A stretch of DNA of 35,454 nt. Source: Macrostomum lignano (Eukaryota). Numbering within the stretch: position 1 is the stretch's first letter; every line of letters begins with the position of its first letter. A program made the position numbers and the translations under genes. Location of the stretch: assembly GCA_002269645.1 (NCBI GenBank), contig NIVC01002756.1, positions 1-35,454 of the forward strand, given 5' to 3'. Shown here piece after piece: positions 33,374 to 35,454 of this stretch. The notes below the pieces were generated by a model. The model did not search any database. It had not been told where the DNA came from and worked only from the letters and a program-made list of their open reading frames with translations.

Positions 33374-33743
33374 CAGGGGTCGGCAAACTCAGGCCCACGA
33401 AGCCTCTCGAGACTCGATTCGGCTTATCGGGTCCATTCGAACTTCACAATAGCAATCCGGCCTGCTTAAGCTTTGTCTCTTCTCAGCTGTTTTCTCTCTT
33501 TTAACCACTTCTTTTTTCCCTTCTCTCCTCTCTCTTTTCTCCTGTTCTCTCTCCTCTCCTCTCTCTCTTCCCCTCTCCTCTTCTCTCTGCTCTCCTATCC
33601 CTTATCTTCCCTCGCTTCTCCTTGCTTCTATCTCTCTGATCTTCTCGCTTCTCTATTTTCTGTTACTCTCCTCTCCTATGGCCCGCAGTCATGCATTAGA
33701 TTCTCTATCTTACCCTTGAGGTAAAAAGTTTGCCGACCCCTTG
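33374..33743. mobile_element. hAT-type MITE, 370 bp, containing a CT-rich tract; in a cyclase intron
   Basis: TIRs CAGGGGTCGGCAAACT / AGTTTGCCGACCCCTTG, perfect 8-bp TSD ACGTAACT (33366-33373, 33744-33751). Confidence 0.92.
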
Positions 33744-34232
33744 ACGTAACTGGAATATACATATAAGTACATGCGATTTACTTAAAGTTCTATACTATAG
33801 GCTGGGCTCGTTTACACCGCTCATTTTAGCTTATTTATAGCTCAAATGCATTTTTTATGATCACAAGGCTTGTACATTGTTGGAAATTTTTGGATGCTGG
33901 TTATATTGATGAGGAAAACAGATTTTAAATCATTAGAATCCCATCGGATTTTTTTCATATTTTCTTCTCTTACTCATAGTAGGCTAGTTCTGGGTATTTA
34001 TGCATTATTTAATTTAGGAGCTGCTTTACTGCTTCCTAAGACAGACTGTACTTCGCCTTGAGGTTACTTTTTTCAAGTTCTTTACGTCTAGAGGTTAACC
34101 TGTGTGAGTCGACTTTGATTCAACTAACTACCTGTCACTTTTAGCACCACAGGGGCTTTATTATTTATGACCTCACCTGTCAAGTTTGCTGAGGTCTGAG
34201 AGGTTGCCCAGTGGAGAGGGTTTGGAGTCTGG

Positions 34233-34330
34233 AGCTTAGCCAATCAGAGTCAAGCTAGTCAATTCGAGCTCATCCAATCAGGAAATTCGACGCTTGGTAT
34301 AACAAACCGGCCATTAGAACAATATTTAAG
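34233..34330 (+). promoter_or_regulatory. Another copy of the double-CCAAT + TATTTAA module, antisense within a cyclase intron
   Basis: AGCTTAGCCAATCAGA is identical to 6734-6749. Second CCAATCAGGAAATTCGACG..TATAACAAAC block, TATTTAA at 34323. Confidence 0.35.
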
Positions 34331-34641
34331 GGCGGCGGCCACGGCCCCGCCGGCCCCTGAAAAGAGGGCGCTTGGCCACCTCTCATGTTAGACATTTACA
34401 TGTAGATACGATGTGCCAATGAATGACTGTGGACTTAACTTGCAAAGCGCAATATTTGCCCCACCCCAGGCGGGACCCCTAAGCTAAGCCGCCATGAAGC
34501 TCAGCTAACTTGTCTCATGAGATCAGTGCCCTGTTTTCAAAGCGGAACTTTTCGGTTCCACGGTTGCACGATATAAGTTATAAACACCATTCCGATCTAC
34601 TTGGAAGTCAAACCATAGTATTATTGAAAAGCTTTGCTCAC

Positions 34642-34888
34642 CTGAGTGAACTCCAATTCGCAGTTTCAGTTGCGCTATCGGCTTGTGCCGAATCTATAAA
34701 CGAGATATATGTTCCTCAAGAAGCTCAACGACATCCGAGCAATCTGCGCCGGTGCAAATTGCCGTTGCGGCCGGGTAGGCCGGATACGACCATGTAGGCG
34801 TCGCCGATCGTTTCGACTTTGTAACAGTCGTACTGCTCGATGATGCGATCAAACAGCGTGTACAAGTCGTTTGAGTAGCGTTCACCAC
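34642..34888 (-). CDS. Receptor-type guanylyl cyclase, preceding catalytic exon (frameshifted as assembled)
   Basis: Reads [52 protein letters not shown]...[16 protein letters not shown] after allowing about four 1-nt indels. Acceptor ATCCAG. Donor G|GTGAG is phase 1 and matches the exon at 33297. Confidence 0.9.
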
Positions 34889-35454
34889 CTGGATTGAGGT
34901 GCGAAAAAACTTACTATAGCTAGGTGTAGTCGAAAAGGTTCGTCACTCGACCATAGGGTAGCTAGAATAGGAAATTTACAAAGAAAGTCTGTGTAAAATC
35001 CTCTCAGTAATACTCTTTTAACGTCTCTATTAGGGATGACTTACACCAGCATGTACCGTTGAATAGAGATTCCTAGGCTTGAGCTATGCCGAAAGTCTAA
35101 TAAACATAATGGAAGATCGTTTAGGACTACAAACGTATTTTTATAAACGCAAAAAGCGAAAATCCAAGCAATAATCTGAACAATCCAAGTTTAGTGGTGT
35201 CGCGCTTAATCCTACAAGTTCGACCTACTTGCGTTTAGCAACGAGCCTAAGCTTAATTTTATTAGCTGCCACAATAGGTTACTTAGAAGACAGATCTTCT
35301 GGGTTTATGACGTAAACTCATGATAGCTAAGCGGGTTCGATATTGCCCCGACAGTAAACAGGATGAACTCCAAGATACGAGTAATGCATGCGGACCCGGA
35401 AGCAATAAGTAAAACCCGGGAAGAAGAAGAGCATAGAAAAGGATCCCAGATCCC

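Noticed and set aside
33473-33724. 83-aa Leu/Ser/Phe-rich 'membrane' ORF
   Set aside because: Translation of a CT-rich low-complexity tract inside a MITE.
35322-35349. tRNA/SINE-like TAGCTAAGCGG-GTTCGAT
   Set aside because: The A- and B-box-like motifs are adjacent with no anticodon arm; no cloverleaf.

Overview
Eukaryotic genomic DNA, probably from an invertebrate animal: AT-rich non-coding sequence, GT-AG spliceosomal introns, and local 1-nt indels that look like long-read errors. The species cannot be determined from the sequence. About 20 kb (29800..10027, minus strand) is one RNF213/mysterin-like giant AAA+ ATPase gene. I reconstructed it by hand as nine phase-compatible exons (~4,690 codons), including a 7.9 kb exon. 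It keeps the dynein-like ATPase core and the RNF213 C-terminal motifs, has no recognisable RING domain, and has an altered Cys-only cluster where the RZ finger should lie. The right end holds two catalytic-domain exons of a receptor-type guanylyl cyclase (minus strand) and a frameshifted IS630/Tc1-type transposase relic. The left 10 kb is a repeat field: a 37-bp minisatellite, hAT-type MITEs and a 1.3 kb element with ~250-280 bp inverted arms. Inside that element is a 198-bp TIR-bounded insert flanked by 9-bp direct repeats, carrying a 65-nt copy of the 28S rRNA region that contains the R2/I-PpoI target site, altered exactly at that site. All homology calls were made by eye against remembered reference motifs; no searches were run.
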